NCBI RefSeq assembly: GCF_004010195.1
Contig: NC_057721.1
Location: 15,043,561-15,106,113, forward strand
Source of the DNA: Chiloscyllium plagiosum
Taxonomy: Eukaryota
Length of the DNA stretch: 62,553 nucleotides
Direction: 5' to 3'
Part shown: positions 25,331 to 38,342 of the stretch, in pieces
Layout: each line of letters begins with the position of its first letter
How positions within the stretch are numbered: the stretch's first letter is position 1
The notes under the pieces: model-generated
What the model was told of the DNA's origin: nothing
Seen by the model: the letters and a program-made list of their open reading frames with translations, nothing else
Databases searched by the model: none
Position numbers and translations under genes: made by a program

Positions 25331-26212
25331 TCAGAATGAGACGGTCAGACAGTTTGTGGAATTCTGACCAAAGCAAATGTCGATTTGTCTCTGTGTAAAG
25401 GAGAAGTCTGGCATCCTTACTGCCTCAAGATTCCCAAACTCCTAAACCCTCACTCGTATCGACCTGGTGGCAAGTGGCTACCAAGGGCAATCTCCACATC
25501 TAAAACTGACCAGTTCACGGCATACCAGTTGCCCAACAAAGTGAAATCGGGTTAAAGCCTCATAACCAGGGACCTCTCCAGCATCAGAACAACATCAATA
25601 CCTTTCACCAACTGATCACCCAAAAGTTAACACTGGTCCCAGTGATTGTACACAAACTTTGGACCTGCACTGAAAAATCCATACCAGAGAAAACAATTCT
25701 CCTTTGCGCTATGTTAACTTTTAAACATATTAACTATGCTGATGAAGCAAAACACAACAAAAAGCACAAATCAATTAGCCAGAGCATTAAAACTGGTGCT
25801 GTGTATTAATTAGATCCTATCTGGGTTATGTTCAAGTCCACTGCAAGTAGACTGGATAACAAGTCACTTACCATTTCAGAAGATTGGGAAAAAAATAGAG
25901 CCAAATTACGAAGAAAATCAATAAAAGAAAGTATACTTGATAATACCATGGAAAGCTCGATTACCCTGAGAGATTAAACTGCTTGGCAATCCATGGTTCA
26001 GTATTTATATTGGTTTGTAGCTTTCTTGAGATAGTATTGGTGTTTGATTCAGTGTCACACTATGATTGTGCCATCTGAAAACCTGATAAAACATTTGACT
26101 GTGTTAAAATTCTTCTGGAGGTGGCAGATATCTTGGGCCTAAACCATTTCTAAACACAGTTGATTCAAGATTCCAGTTGAAGACTTTGCTGCTGATCAGA
26201 ATTGTAAAATTG

Positions 26213-26350
26213 CTGGTCCAATGATCCTTCTTCAGAGTACATTCTGAAAATGTTCTGAAGGGTCACTGGACCAGAAACATTAACTCTGCTTTCTCTCCAC
26301 TGATGCTGCCAGACCTGCTGAGCTTTTCCAGCAATTTCTGATTTTGTTAC
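26213..26350 (+). mobile_element. Degraded PLE pLTR with a short inverted arm
   Basis: ctggtccaatgatccttcttcaga ... tctgaagggtcactggaccagaaacattaactctgc. Confidence 0.65.
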
Positions 26351-26659
26351 ACTAATTGTATATGTGCACTAGTCCCTGTAGGAGAAAAATGATCCTTGTA
26401 GGTAGGGTCTTTAAACATGGAGTGTGTGTTGGCCTGCAGCTACTATATGATTCTGGCTGACTAAGAAACTCGTTGTTACCATCAAAAGCACATCAGAAAG
26501 ATTTAGATGGTTTTTTATCATATTTGTCTATGTTATGATACACTAACTGTGGTCATCAAATCCTGACGTGGGACTTGAATATGGAACTTCTGGCTCAGAG
26601 GTAGGGACACTACCCCAATGCCACTAGAGCATTTATAAACTAAACATACAACAGTAGAC

Positions 26660-27126
26660 TAAGAGAAAGTGAAGACTGCAGATGTTGGAAATCAGAGTCA
26701 AAACGTGTGCTGCTGGAAATGCACAGAAGGTCAGGGAGCATCCAAGGAGCAGGAGAATCGACATTTCAGACATAAGCCCTTCATCAGGAATGTGGGGGCA
26801 GGGGGCTAAGGGGGTTGAGAGATAAATAGGAGGAGAATGGGGCTGGGGGTATGGAAGGTAGCTAGGAAGATGATAGGTGAATGTAGGCGTGGGATATTGG
26901 TAATAAGTCAGAGCAGATAAGTGGGAAGGAAGATAGACAGGTAGGACAGATCAAGAGGGTGGTGCCGACTTGGAAGGTTTGATCTGAGACAAGGTGGAGA
27001 GAGGGGAGATGAAGAAACTGGTGAAATCAACATTTATGCTGTGTGGTTGGAGGGTCCCAAGGCTGAAGATGAAGTGTTTTTCCTCCAGGCATCTGGTGGC
27101 TAGGATTTGGCGGGGGAAGTGGCCCA
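26660..27126 (-). mobile_element. Penelope-like element 3' end
   Basis: Homologous to 5338-5871. Hammerhead motif at 26756-26791. Confidence 0.88.
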
Positions 27127-29004
27127 GTTATGGAAGTTGATAAAACGTATTTGTGACTACACAATGTTAAGGCAGTTAAGAAAGGTCAGAAGTTTGTCTG
27201 GTATGAGCGATGACAATGTAGGGCTGTTCAGTTAAAATAGGGTGAGCTCTTAAAAACACAAACTATGGAAAAGGTATTTCTCAGCAACATGTAACAATTA
27301 AAAAAAAACTCTAATCCTCATTTATATATTACACGGCGTTCTCAGTAGAAATGTTATCTTCTGTTTAAGCTTCCAAAGTTTTAAATGTCTTCCTCCTCCC
27401 ACACCAGAGTGATTCTTCCTGTGCCCTCTTAGATAAAGTCCCTTCACTCAACACTTTGAGATAATTGAACGGACCTCAAGTAGCAGAACACCAAGTGGTT
27501 TTGCAGTCTTTAAATTCTTCACAAGCTTAGCCTTTATTAACAGGGGATATATCTCTATCAGCTGTCTACTTGGTGATAAGCTGAAAAGACTCCTTTTTCC
27601 CTGCATGGCACACAATGTCTGTTGTAGATCTTCTCCAGATCTCGCCAGCTTACTATCTCTGAGAGTGCACACAGCAAAATAAAGATGTCTCCTCTTGATT
27701 GTTGGATATTTCAACCCATACTTAAATCATTTTTCACCTATGCCCCTGTCATCTTGGTCACATAGACTTGTCTCTGGGCATATTTCAGTGGAGATCACGC
27801 CCCCTACTTCAAACAGCTCCATGTTAACTTCAAGTAATAAATACACGTGAACATGTATTCATCTAGCAGTCCTAACATCATGTTGTGGATATTTCTTGCT
27901 GAGGTATCACCAAATATATCTGCAGCTTGGACACAACTATCCAGCAAACACATTTGAACAGCTCTCTTCAGATAGTCCAAATGTTTTGGTAGTCAGCTGC
28001 AGAACTGTGTCATATGGTATTAGGACACCTACCACACTGCAACATGAACATCTCAAGCTTATTTACATATTGACAATAAAATATTGGTTTTACCATTGGA
28101 AAGCTTTGCTTTGTAGTACAAAATACTCTGAAGTTATCAGTCAAAACTATTTTGAAACATTGATTAGAGCAGTTTTATCTCTGTATGTAAAATTTCTAAG
28201 AGATTGGTAAGAAGATACCAGTAACCCAAGGGTGGTGATTATGTTCTTTGAAGCAAAGCAATTAAAAATAATCAGACCCAATTATTAACTAGATGGGAGA
28301 TGAGATTTTGTGCACTGAAAACTGAGACATTCTGTAATTACATTAGTTACCTTATTTTGGCAACATCCTGACAAACAAGTAGTTAATTAACCAAACATTG
28401 TCATTTTTTCAAACACCAAAAACAAATTGGTCTATCACATTACAATTACTTAGGCAGCAACATTTACGTATATTGTACTATTGTGAAATTCCTTTACTAT
28501 TTATGTCTATTCAGATAAACAAGCAAATGGAAAGTTACTGAAGTGTTGATGATATGATGTTATCAATTATGCCAGTCCACAATTTCATACTGCCTTGTCC
28601 TGAAAATCGATGATGCGTGCTCGGGAACAGTTTCCTCATTTATCTATCGCCCTATGTTTGGAATGATGTCACTGATATGGAATGGTTTAAACAATGTTGA
28701 GGGCTCCATTTTTTTTTTAGGAAAGATTTGGATAGTCCTGCAGTGCCTGAGAGCCATGGTTTAAAATGGAACTCATTTTACTGAAAGTATCTAATCAATT
28801 CTGTAAATGGTCATCCTTCATGGCAGCAGATTTTGGTACAATATTTAATAAATGAGTACATACATAGGTAATATAATACAGGAGATCTCAGTTGTGCACA
28901 AAGCCCCTAGCCCAAATCTACAAATATGCACTGCCGAGCAAAGGATAAATAAATAACAGGAATACACAAATCAACTAACCTTTATCACTATTACAATGAA
29001 AATA

Positions 29005-29205
29005 GATGGCCTTACTCTTACCAGACCAGCGAGCTGCTTTCTCATTAGAGAGAGGTGACTGTTGAGGAGTTTAATCTGAAAGTCACACCACCTCAGGCAA
29101 GGGGAGAGGTCGAGAATGAGAGTCCTTGATGGGGATTTCAGCCAGTGTGAGAATTCAACCCATGCTGTTAGCAACCAGCTGTCTAGCCAACTGAGCTGAC
29201 TGACT
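29005..29205 (-). mobile_element. tRNA-derived SINE (unnamed family)
   Basis: Minus strand: agctcagttggctag (A box) ... ggttgaattctc (B box). Confidence 0.6.
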
Positions 29206-29334
29206 CTGACAATAAATAACCATTTGTAAAAATCAAAAGTGAAGTTTGGTAGAAGAGATTCCTGATTCCAGAAACAGAGCCCATGTATTATTTTCCAGGT
29301 TTGCCAATGGTCATTAACTGCTTCCAATACACTT

Positions 29335-29580
29335 TAAACCATATTGCTGAGAGCCTGAAATCACATCGAGGCCAATCTAGATAAGGATAACAGATTTCCT
29401 TTCCATTAGGGAATCAGATAGCTTAAAAGTGACCATTGTTGTGATCAAAAACTAACTCTTTGTTCTATACTTTCATCCAATTCAAAATTTTATCATATAA
29501 GTTTGGGATTTGAGCACATGACCCTAGAATATTAGTCTGAGTTTCAGGGTTGTGACAGTACCACTGCTCTACTGTGCACC
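29335..29580 (-). mobile_element. Bipartite SINE copy retaining its tRNA-like head
   Basis: Minus strand: gcagtggtactgtcac...cagactaatattctaggg...ctcaaatccc, then ggaaatctgttatccttatctag. Homologous to 31911-32160. Confidence 0.6.
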
Positions 29581-30089
29581 CCCAAATCAGTCTATACCTT
29601 TGAGGGACTTTTCTGGGACCTAGTAACTGCAGAATCGTGGTTTTCAATTTAAGTTCAAATCAAAGCCTTGACTTCTATTCCAGTGATGACATGCAGTTGG
29701 ATTGTGAGTTTCCAAGAAAGGTTCTTTGAAGAAGAAAAAATAAATGTGGCAAAGTTGTTTGATTGTGAGAAGTGTAAATGTTAGCCTCAGTCTCCCCATC
29801 CTGAACTGAAACAACTCTGGCTTTTTAAAAGAGGCACTCAACCGTTATAGAAAAAGGTAATAATTTCACAACAACTTGTTCATGTTTGGAATACTATCAG
29901 AAAATGCTAAATACGTGGAGCAGCATACAACTGTCTTTACTCCTTATAGATGTTAGTGGAGGTACGGTACTTCTTTTGAAATATTTGTGATTTCCAATTC
30001 AGTTAAAAAAACCATGCATTTAAATAGCACTCGTAAAGCAAAATTAAACAAGCCTTGCATATGAATTGTATGTTTTAAATTTTACATAT

Positions 30090-30490
30090 AATGCCTTTCT
30101 TGGCCTCAGGCTCTTCCAAGTATTTGCAGTATCAATTTATCCCATTTTAAAGTCTGGTCACTGTTACAAATTAGTGAACACAGCAGCCATTTTGCAAACA
30201 GAAATATCAGATCAATGTGATAATCACCAATTTTCTTTTTTTTCTTGCCCCCAGCAGTGAACACTACATTCTGGCCAGAATACAAGAAAGAACTCCTCAG
30301 CTCTTCCTCAAAGTAAAACAATATTTTGTGTTTACCAGAGAGGAACTTGGATTAACATATCTTTAGAAAGACAATGCATCCAACTGTTCTGTACTCCCTC
30401 ACTATTGGAGTGTCAGTTTGTACTCAAATCTCTGGCATGTGGTTTTGAATTCACAGTTGCTAAATCGGAGATGAGAGTGTCACCTCTCAC
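30090..30490 (-). mobile_element. Deu-domain SINE (old)
   Basis: gtcactgtt...cagcagccattttgcaaacag...aatgtgataat, and gtactccctcact...ttgaattcac. Confidence 0.65.
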
Positions 30491-30710
30491 AGATAACAAT
30501 CCACAGATAACACATGTAGGAAACCTCTCAAGGTGATTCACAGGGACATATGGATGACAGATCTTGAGCCAGAAAACACAATATTAGAAGGAGTGGCTAA
30601 AAGCTCAGTTAGGGGAATGGATATTTAGGAAGGTTTTAAAGGTAATGAGGGAGGTGGAAAGATGAAAGGATTAGATACCCAAGAGAAAGAATGAGAAAAA
30701 GAGTCGATGG

Positions 30711-31047
30711 TAGTCATGATTTGGAGACGCCGGTGTTGGACTGGGCTGTACAAAGTTAGAAATCACACAAACACCAGGTTATAGTCTAACAGGTTTATTT
30801 GGAAGCACTAGCTTTCGGAGTGCTGCTCCTTCATCAGGTGAGTGTGATGAAATCATTATCAGGAGAAAGCAGGAATCTGGATCTGAGGTTCCCATCAATC
30901 AGCCATGATATTATTAAAAGACAGAACTTAAGGAGCTGACTGGTTCTTAATTCATCAATCACCTGATGAAGAAGCAGCACTCCAAAAGCTAGTGTTTCCA
31001 AATAAACCTGTTGGACTATAACCTGGTGTTGTGCGATTTCTAATTTT
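30711..31047. mobile_element. Inverted pLTR pair enclosing captured local DNA
   Basis: Arms at 30711-30841 (-) and 30958-31047 (+). Spacer 30850-30955 matches 31653-31763. Confidence 0.9.
30806..30840 (-). ncRNA. Minimal hammerhead ribozyme motif (CUA site)
   Basis: CAC-CTGATGA-A-GGAG.CAGCA.CTCC-GAAA-GC-TA-GTG, identical to 6488-6522. Confidence 0.75.
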
Positions 31048-31154
31048 GAGAAAAAAAGACCATCAGAGATGATGGGTTGTATTATTGGAGGACAGTACAG
31101 AAATAGAGGGGACAAGAGCACGGAGGAATTTAAAGATGAATTGTAGACATAACA

Positions 31155-31770
31155 AATAATTAGAAAAGCTAATGGAATATTGTAATGTCGCACAGGCAGA
31201 AATAGAGAGATTATGCCTCAGTTATATAGCTGGAGACAATGGCTGGAGTATTGTGTACAATATCTTTAAGAAAAGATGTAGGTGCATTAGAGACAATTCA
31301 GACAAGGTTTATTAGACTAATACTTGGAATGGATAGACTGTCTTATGAGGAAAGGTTGGACATGTTAACTTTGTATCTGCTGTTCAGTAGAGTAAGAAGA
31401 GACTTGATTGCAACAAAAAAGATCCTGAGGGGTTTTGACAGGGCAGACGTAGAGGGGAAATTTCCTTGCATGGGAGAAGGTAGAATTAGGGGGCTCCCTA
31501 TTTTAAAAAAATCAATGGTCATCCATTTGAAACAGTTGAGGCAAATTTTTTTCTCAGTATGTTCTTCAAAATTCTTCCTGAAAAGGTGGTGGTGGCAGAG
31601 TCCTTGAATATTTGTAAAGGTGAAGTAATGGATTATTGTTAAGCAACAGGATAAATCATTATCAGGAGAAGGCAGGAATCTGGATCTGAGGTTCCCATCA
31701 GCTAATCCATGATACTATTAAAAGACACAGCAGACTTAAGGAGCTGACTGGTTCTTAATTCATGTGTTCA
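31155..31770 (+). mobile_element. CR1 LINE 3' fragment
   Basis: ORF LRKDVGALETIQTRFIRLILGMDRLSYEERL. Confidence 0.88.
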
Positions 31771-31904
31771 TCTGAGATGATCATTTTAAAATTCAACTGT
31801 TGGTGGACCAGCATCTGCTAAACAATTTGGGATAGGAGTGCGAGAGGCGTAAGTGTTATTACGTCGCAGCAACATTTTTGATAAATTGAGATGTGTCCTA
31901 AGAG

Positions 31905-34405
31905 TAGTTGGAAGTGTAGTGGTATTGTATTTGCACGAATAATCCTGAACTTCAGTGCAATGTCCTGAAGACAGTTTTGAATCCCACCAGGGCAAATGGT
32001 GGAATTGGACTTCAAACACTTCAGGAATTTAAAGTCTAATGATTACCATAAAATCATAGTAGATTGGTGTCAAGAAAAACCTATTTGGTTCACAGTGACC
32101 TTTACAGGGAGCAAACTACAGCCCTTTCCTGGTCTAGTCTACATCTGACTGCAGACCCACAATGTAATTGACTTATAATAGCCCACTGCAATGGCCTAGC
32201 AAGCCACTCAGATGTAGCAAGCTACTGAAAATTCTCAAGGAAGGAATGAAATTGGATGAACTAGCTTTAGTGATTGAACTAGGGACCAAACATCAACTGC
32301 AAAATCCTCTTTATTAACATGGAGACTAGTGCTGAAATGAGAAGAACTGTGGATGTAGGTTTGCTCGCCTGAGCTGGAAGGTTCATTTTCAGACATTTCG
32401 TCACAATACTCTGCGGTGAGCCTCTGGACGAAGCACTGCTCATGTTTCCTGCTTTCTGTTTATATGTTTGTGTTTCCTTGGGTTGATGATATCATTTCTT
32501 GTGGTGATGTCATTTCCTGTGCTTTTTCTCAGAGGGTGGTAAATGGGGCCCAAGTCAATTTATTTCTTGATAGAATTCTGGTTGGAATGCCATGCTTCTA
32601 GGAATTCTTGTGCATGACTCTGTTTGGCTTGTCCTAGGATGGATGTGCTGTCCTAGTCGAAGTGGTGTCTTTCCTTATCTGTGTGTAAGGATACTAGTGA
32701 GAGAGGGTCATGTTGTTTTGTGGCTAGTTAATATTCATGTATCCTGGTGGCTAGTTTTCTGCCTGTTTGTCCAATGTAGTGTTTGTTACAGTTCTTGCAC
32801 AGTATTTTGTAAATGGCAGTAGTTTTGCTTCTTGTCTGTTTTAGTGTGTTGGTGGGTTTGTGGGTTACCATGGTGCCAAGGGGTCTGAATAGTCTGACAG
32901 TCATTTAAGAGATGTCTTTGATGTAGGGGAGAAGGGCTAGGGTTTCTGGACGTGTTTTGTCTGCTTGTTTGGGTTTGTTGCTGAGAAATTGGCGGACTGT
33001 GCTCATTGGGTACCCATTCTTTTTGAATATACTGTATAGGTAATTTTCCTCTGCTCTGCGTAGTTCTTCTATGCTGCAGTGTTTGGTGGCTCGTTGAAAT
33101 AATGTTCCGATGCAGCTTCGTTTGTGAATATTGGAATGATTGCTTCTGTAGAAGAACAGTCTCATATCAGTCAAACAACACCCTGATTCAGCATTCTTTA
33201 AGAATCATATCATACAGGCAAGGTTTCAAACAATACCATCACTTTCACTGGAAGGACAGATCCAGTGTTGGTGGCACAGTGGTATACAGTTGGGAAGGAA
33301 TTGGCCTGGGATTCGTCAACATTGCCTCTGGACCCCATGAAGTCACATGGTATCAGGTCAAACATGGACAAAGAAAAATTTCTGCAGATTACTAAGTACC
33401 ATTGCTCTCAGCTTATGTATCTGGGTTCCACCATGTTGAACAATACTTGATGAAAGCACTGAGTATGGCAAGGGCACAGATGTTGCTCTGGGTGGGGGAC
33501 TTCAATGTCCACTGCCAAGAGTGGCTCAGTAACACTACTTGAAAGGGTTGTTTCTATACTGGATATGCACGAGTAGTGAAACCTCTAGGCACCAACCTGC
33601 CCACTATAGATGCACCTATCCATTACAGTATTGGTAGGTGTGACTGCCTTGAAAATTACCGTGAGATGACTTCCCATCTTCATATTGAGGATACCCTCAA
33701 TCATGTTATTTGACTGTGCCATTTGCTAAATGGGATAGATTTTGAACAGACATTAGCAATTCAATACTGGCATCCATGTAGTGCTGTGGGCCATCCACAG
33801 CAGCAGAATCATACTCCAACACAATCTGCAGCCTCAGCTTAGCATATCCCTTAGTCAACAATTACCACCAATCCACAGGATCAACCCTGGTTCAAATGGA
33901 GAGTTCAGGAGGGCATGCCAAGGAGCAACACCAGCCTTTCCTAAAATTGAGATGTCAACCTGGCGAAACCAAACTGGACTACTTGCATGCCAAATGTCAT
34001 AAGCAGCAAATGATAGACAGAGCTAAGTGAGCCCACAACCAATAAATCAGATCTAAGCTCTGCAATCCTGCCTCATCCAAATGTGAGTGGTGGTGGACAA
34101 TTAAACAGCTCACAGGAAGAGGTGCTCCATAAATATCCCCAGCTTTAACAGTATAAGATCAGGCTGAAGCATTTGCAATAATCTTCAGCCAGAAGTGCTG
34201 AGTGGATGATCTAATTCAGCCTCCTCCAGTGGTTCCCAGCTTCACAGATCCCAGTCTTCAGCCAATTCAATTTGCTCCACATGATATTAAGAAACTATTG
34301 GAGACACTGGATACTGCAAAGGTTATGGGTCCCAATATCATGCAGATTGTAGTACTGAAGACTTTTGGTCCAGAACACAGAGCAGTCCTGGCTAACCTGT
34401 TGCAG
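31905..34405 (+). mobile_element. CR1-like LINE with a tRNA-like 5' head and APE endonuclease, no visible ORF1; interrupted by a PLE
   Basis: A-box-like gtgtagtggt (31914) and B-box-like gttttgaatccc (31974). Protein motifs KILFIN (32301), HWKDRSSVGGTVVY, LWVGDFNVH (33486), QPWF and IKKLLETLDTAKVMGP. Confidence 0.75.
32351..33149 (-). mobile_element. Poseidon/Penelope-type PLE, 5'-truncated
   Basis: RT thumb SNHSNIHKRSCIGTLFQRATKHCS...KNGYP and GIY-YIG AIYKILCKNCNKHYIGQTGR. TSD agaagaac(t/a)gt. Confidence 0.92.
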
Positions 34406-35448
34406 TGAAAGGCTAGAATTCCTTTCCTTATAAAATTGTAAATGCTGGATCAATTGACATTTTCAAAACAGATTGCTAGATTTGAGATAAGGGCATTAAG
34501 GAATATAGGCCAAAAGCTTGTAAATGGGGTTGAGATACAGATCAGGGACTGAATGGTCTGTTCTTTTGTAAAATGCAACAATGGCAAATCCAACATCATT
34601 TATTCCTTGTTTGGAACAAGAAATATTTCTTGGAAGATCAAATGGGCTTATGAACAAAACAAAAGCAAAATATTGCAATGCCGAAATCTGAAATAAAAAA
34701 AAGCTGGGAAGCAGACCACTAAGTTACTTGTGAGGAGAGAAACTGTTAACTTTTCAGATTAAAAATCTTTTTATGAGCATTGGAAGAAATAAGACATTTA
34801 GTTAATTGTCTTTAAGCAAGTGCAGAGTGCAGGAAGGCAGGACCAGGAAACAATAAAAAGGAAAAAGGTCTGTGATGAAGTAGAGGGTAGGAGTGATTGA
34901 ATGCCAGAAGGAATGTTTCAGCTTTTAATGGATTTATTGATACAACCTTTATAAGGAGAGGATTTAAGACATGTGGTAACAGCAAATTTGAAACATGACC
35001 AAGATTTCCTGCTTTCCTCTCCCTCTGTCTTTTGAAGTTTTCATGATGCTGTTTTATACTCGCTAAGTGCAATATTTTTACAAGATAAAATACAATAACA
35101 TGCTAAAGAATTACTACATTGGATTAGTTACCACCAGGATCTCTAACTCAGCACAACAACATTGATTATGCTCACCTAGGGAGTTAATATCCTGCAAGAC
35201 AAATAACTTCTACTATCCTTGAGGGGCTTTCTCTACTCATTCAAGCAATTTAACACGAGTAGAATGGATTACTGTAGCTCCGTAAAAAGTTTTCTCGAAG
35301 TTTTGAGTTAGTGAATATCAAAAACTAATCTGCGTAAGACTTGGTCACGTTTTTCAAGCTAAGCCAGGAATGCCAGTTATTCTATAGTCCAGGGTATATT
35401 GAGGAGAATAGATAAGAATAGCAAATAAATAGTTGTTTGTGGATACCG

Positions 35449-35647
35449 AGGTCACTAATAGCCTTTAAGGGAAAAAATCTGCCATCCTTATGTGGTCTGG
35501 GCTACATGTGACTTCTGTATATCTGAAGTGCAGGTGACTTTCAATTGCCCTCTGTAATGCATGAGTAAGCCATTCAGTTTAAGGACAACTAGGGATGGGC
35601 AACAATGTTGGACTTGCCAGTAACATCCACATCCAATGAAGGAATGC
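35449..35647 (+). mobile_element. Bipartite SINE: LINE 5'-UTR segment joined to the LINE 3' tail
   Basis: 35449-35578 aligns with 32087-32211. 35580-35647 resembles the reverse complement of 10625-10680. Confidence 0.7.
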
Positions 35648-36830
35648 AATTTTAAAAATTATGACAATGATCACATTTACCTTCAGGCCATGAAAAGCAT
35701 GACGTAAATACAAATAGTTTTTCCTTTTTGCCACAACCACCCTTGGTGTTAGTAACCTCCACATTCTCACAATTCTCCAAGTAAAAAGGCTTCTCCTGAG
35801 TTTCTTCGACTCTATTCTGTTAGTTAAACTATAGGAGTTCTTGAGTTTGTGAAAAGTGTTACATAAAAGCATTTTGTTTTAGCACGAACACTTTCACCAG
35901 GAAGCTAAACTCTCATCGCGGAAAGGTCACTGTTAACTCCGATTTGTCTCCACAAATGTTGCCAAACCTGCTCAGGTTTTCCAGAAATGTTTGTTTTGTT
36001 TCACACTGAGGCCTCCTCCATCTGCAGCCAAATGAGCAAAGAGCCGCTCGGATATTCCTCATTGTACTTTTACATTGCTGCAACAAAGCCTGTTCTCCAG
36101 ATCACTGCGATTCACAAGCAGTTTATATTAATCTCATCTCATTAAAGGGCTTGGAATTGATAGAAATTGATCAAATAAAAAGGCCATTGAAATAGTTGAT
36201 GCTGTTCTTCACTCCATCAGGATTGTGGCTGTGCGAGAAGCCTGGTGGTATTAGCCTGCACAAATCTAATTTATTCTCTCAATTCCCACTTGACTCCACT
36301 GTGTTGATTTGACTTTACATTGCCAAGAGATGGGTTGCTGCTCATGAAGATTGATGGTAGTGATTTGATCGAGGAGAGATGGTTGCTCATTGTGAGAAAC
36401 TGCAATGATGCGCAGTAGTTGGTTAGGAGCAGAAAAATAGAAATGCAACAGTGTGATTTTAATAAAACATATCCTTTTACAGCTGACTGCTTCAGGCTAA
36501 TACAACAATTCAGCAGCATTTTAGTGTCATATCCTTGGCAGTTAACCTGAGCTTTCAGTTCTATATGATAAATACTATTTAATATCTGAAAGCTATGGTT
36601 ATATTGCGTAAGATCTAGGCTCCATACTGTAACTAATATTTATACATTACATTATTTATAAAATACGTGTCTACATTCTAACACCTTCAAGAGAGTCTGA
36701 TTAATTATGTGATACTGCAGGAAATAAGCTTTATCTTGTTGCATTGTTTTCAAATGGTAATAATTCAACCAGAAGCTTCACTATTTCATTTATTCAATTT
36801 TTCCTTGCCTCACGTGATCTTCTGTCTTAC

Positions 36831-36973
36831 CTTTGAACCTACAGAAGGTCTCCAGGTCATGAATGGATTCCATTCCTGTCTACGTTCCTAAGTCGATTGT
36901 GAGCAATTCAGAACATACAGTGCCGTACAAAATATCCATTTGTAACAATAAGTAAACGTTTGCACATTGGATC
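36831..36973 (-). other. Candidate exon (143 nt), possibly 5'UTR plus start codon (MESIHDLETFCRFK...) or lncRNA
   Basis: Acceptor ttttacttttgattttaag|G and donor AAG|gtaaga. ATG in GGAATGG context at 36873. Non-repetitive context. Protein not recognised. Confidence 0.35.
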
Positions 36974-38342
36974 CTTAAAATCAAAAGTAAAATAGGATCT
37001 CATTTGTAAATATGAGTGACCGTAAGATCCCTTTTAAAGGCCAAACTTGATATTATCTGACAAAAGTCTGAATCATTTAAGGCTCTTTCTTTTAAGAAAA
37101 GAGAAGACATTAAAGATGACATAATTGAAATTGTTAAAACTGTGAAGGGTTTTGGTAAGAGAGATAAGGAAACAGTATTTCACTTATGTAGGTGCTAAAC
37201 CCCTATAAAAACCCTTTCTGGGATTAAAGGTTCTAGCCCAGATAGTAATGGCACACAACAACCCATTTAACGTGGCACACATTAGCATCAGTATATACTC
37301 ACAACGACAATGGTTGCCGAAACTTAGAAACTAGGAGGAGTAGGCCATTCAGCCTTTCAAGCTTAGTCTTTTCATTCAAAAGATAATGATTGATCCTATA
37401 TCTCAGTGCCATATTCCTTTCTCTCCATACCCATTCATTCCTTTAAAATAAAAATAAAATATCTTTATATTGAATGTATTCTGTTACTTAGCCTCCACTG
37501 CCTTCTTGGTAGAGAATTCCACAAGTTCACTACTTTTTGAATGAGGTACCTTTTCCTTATATCATTTCTAAATAGTTACCCCCATATCCCGAGACTGGGA
37601 TTCCTGATTGTAGACCAGCAAAAATATTCTCGCCTGCATCTACTCTGGCCAGCCCTGTTAAAACCTCATACATTTCAATCAGGTCCTCTTCATCCTTCTC
37701 AACTCGAGTAATTATGGGCACAGATGAACCAATCTCTCCTCATAGGGCAGACCTGCAAACCCAAAATGTCAATCTAGTGAACCTCCATTGAACTCCCTCA
37801 GTGCTAAGTACATCCATTTTTAGGCAGGGAGATAAAAACTGCACCTATACTCCAGGTGTGGTTTCCCCAGGCTCTGTATAACTGCACTAGACATCCTTAG
37901 TTCTGAACTCAAACTCTCTTGGAATGAAGGCCAATATGCTATCTGCCTTCTTAACTGCTTGCTACACTGCCTGTCTACTTTCATTGAATGGTGTACAAAA
38001 GACATCCAGATCCCTTTGTACATCCACACGTCTCAATATATCACTAAAGAGAATTCTTCAGTTCGGTTTTTCCACACCAAAGTGTATAACTTCACATTTA
38101 GCTTCTGCTATGTGGCTGTCCACTCACTCATTGTATTCTTTTCAGAACTTATGATCAAGTTCAGCTTTGTCATTAGCGAATTTAGAAATATTGAATTTGA
38201 TTCCCTGTTCCTGGTCATTTATATATTGTGACTAACTGCTGTCCAAGCAATGATCCTTATGGTACTCTATGAGTCATTGCCCGCCTTTTGTAAAAAGACT
38301 CATTTATTCCTTCTTTTTCCCTGTGTGTCAATTAATTCTTGA

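Noticed and set aside
27448-27714. 88-aa minus-strand ORF after an acceptor-like ctctcag
   Set aside because: No homology recognised and no donor.
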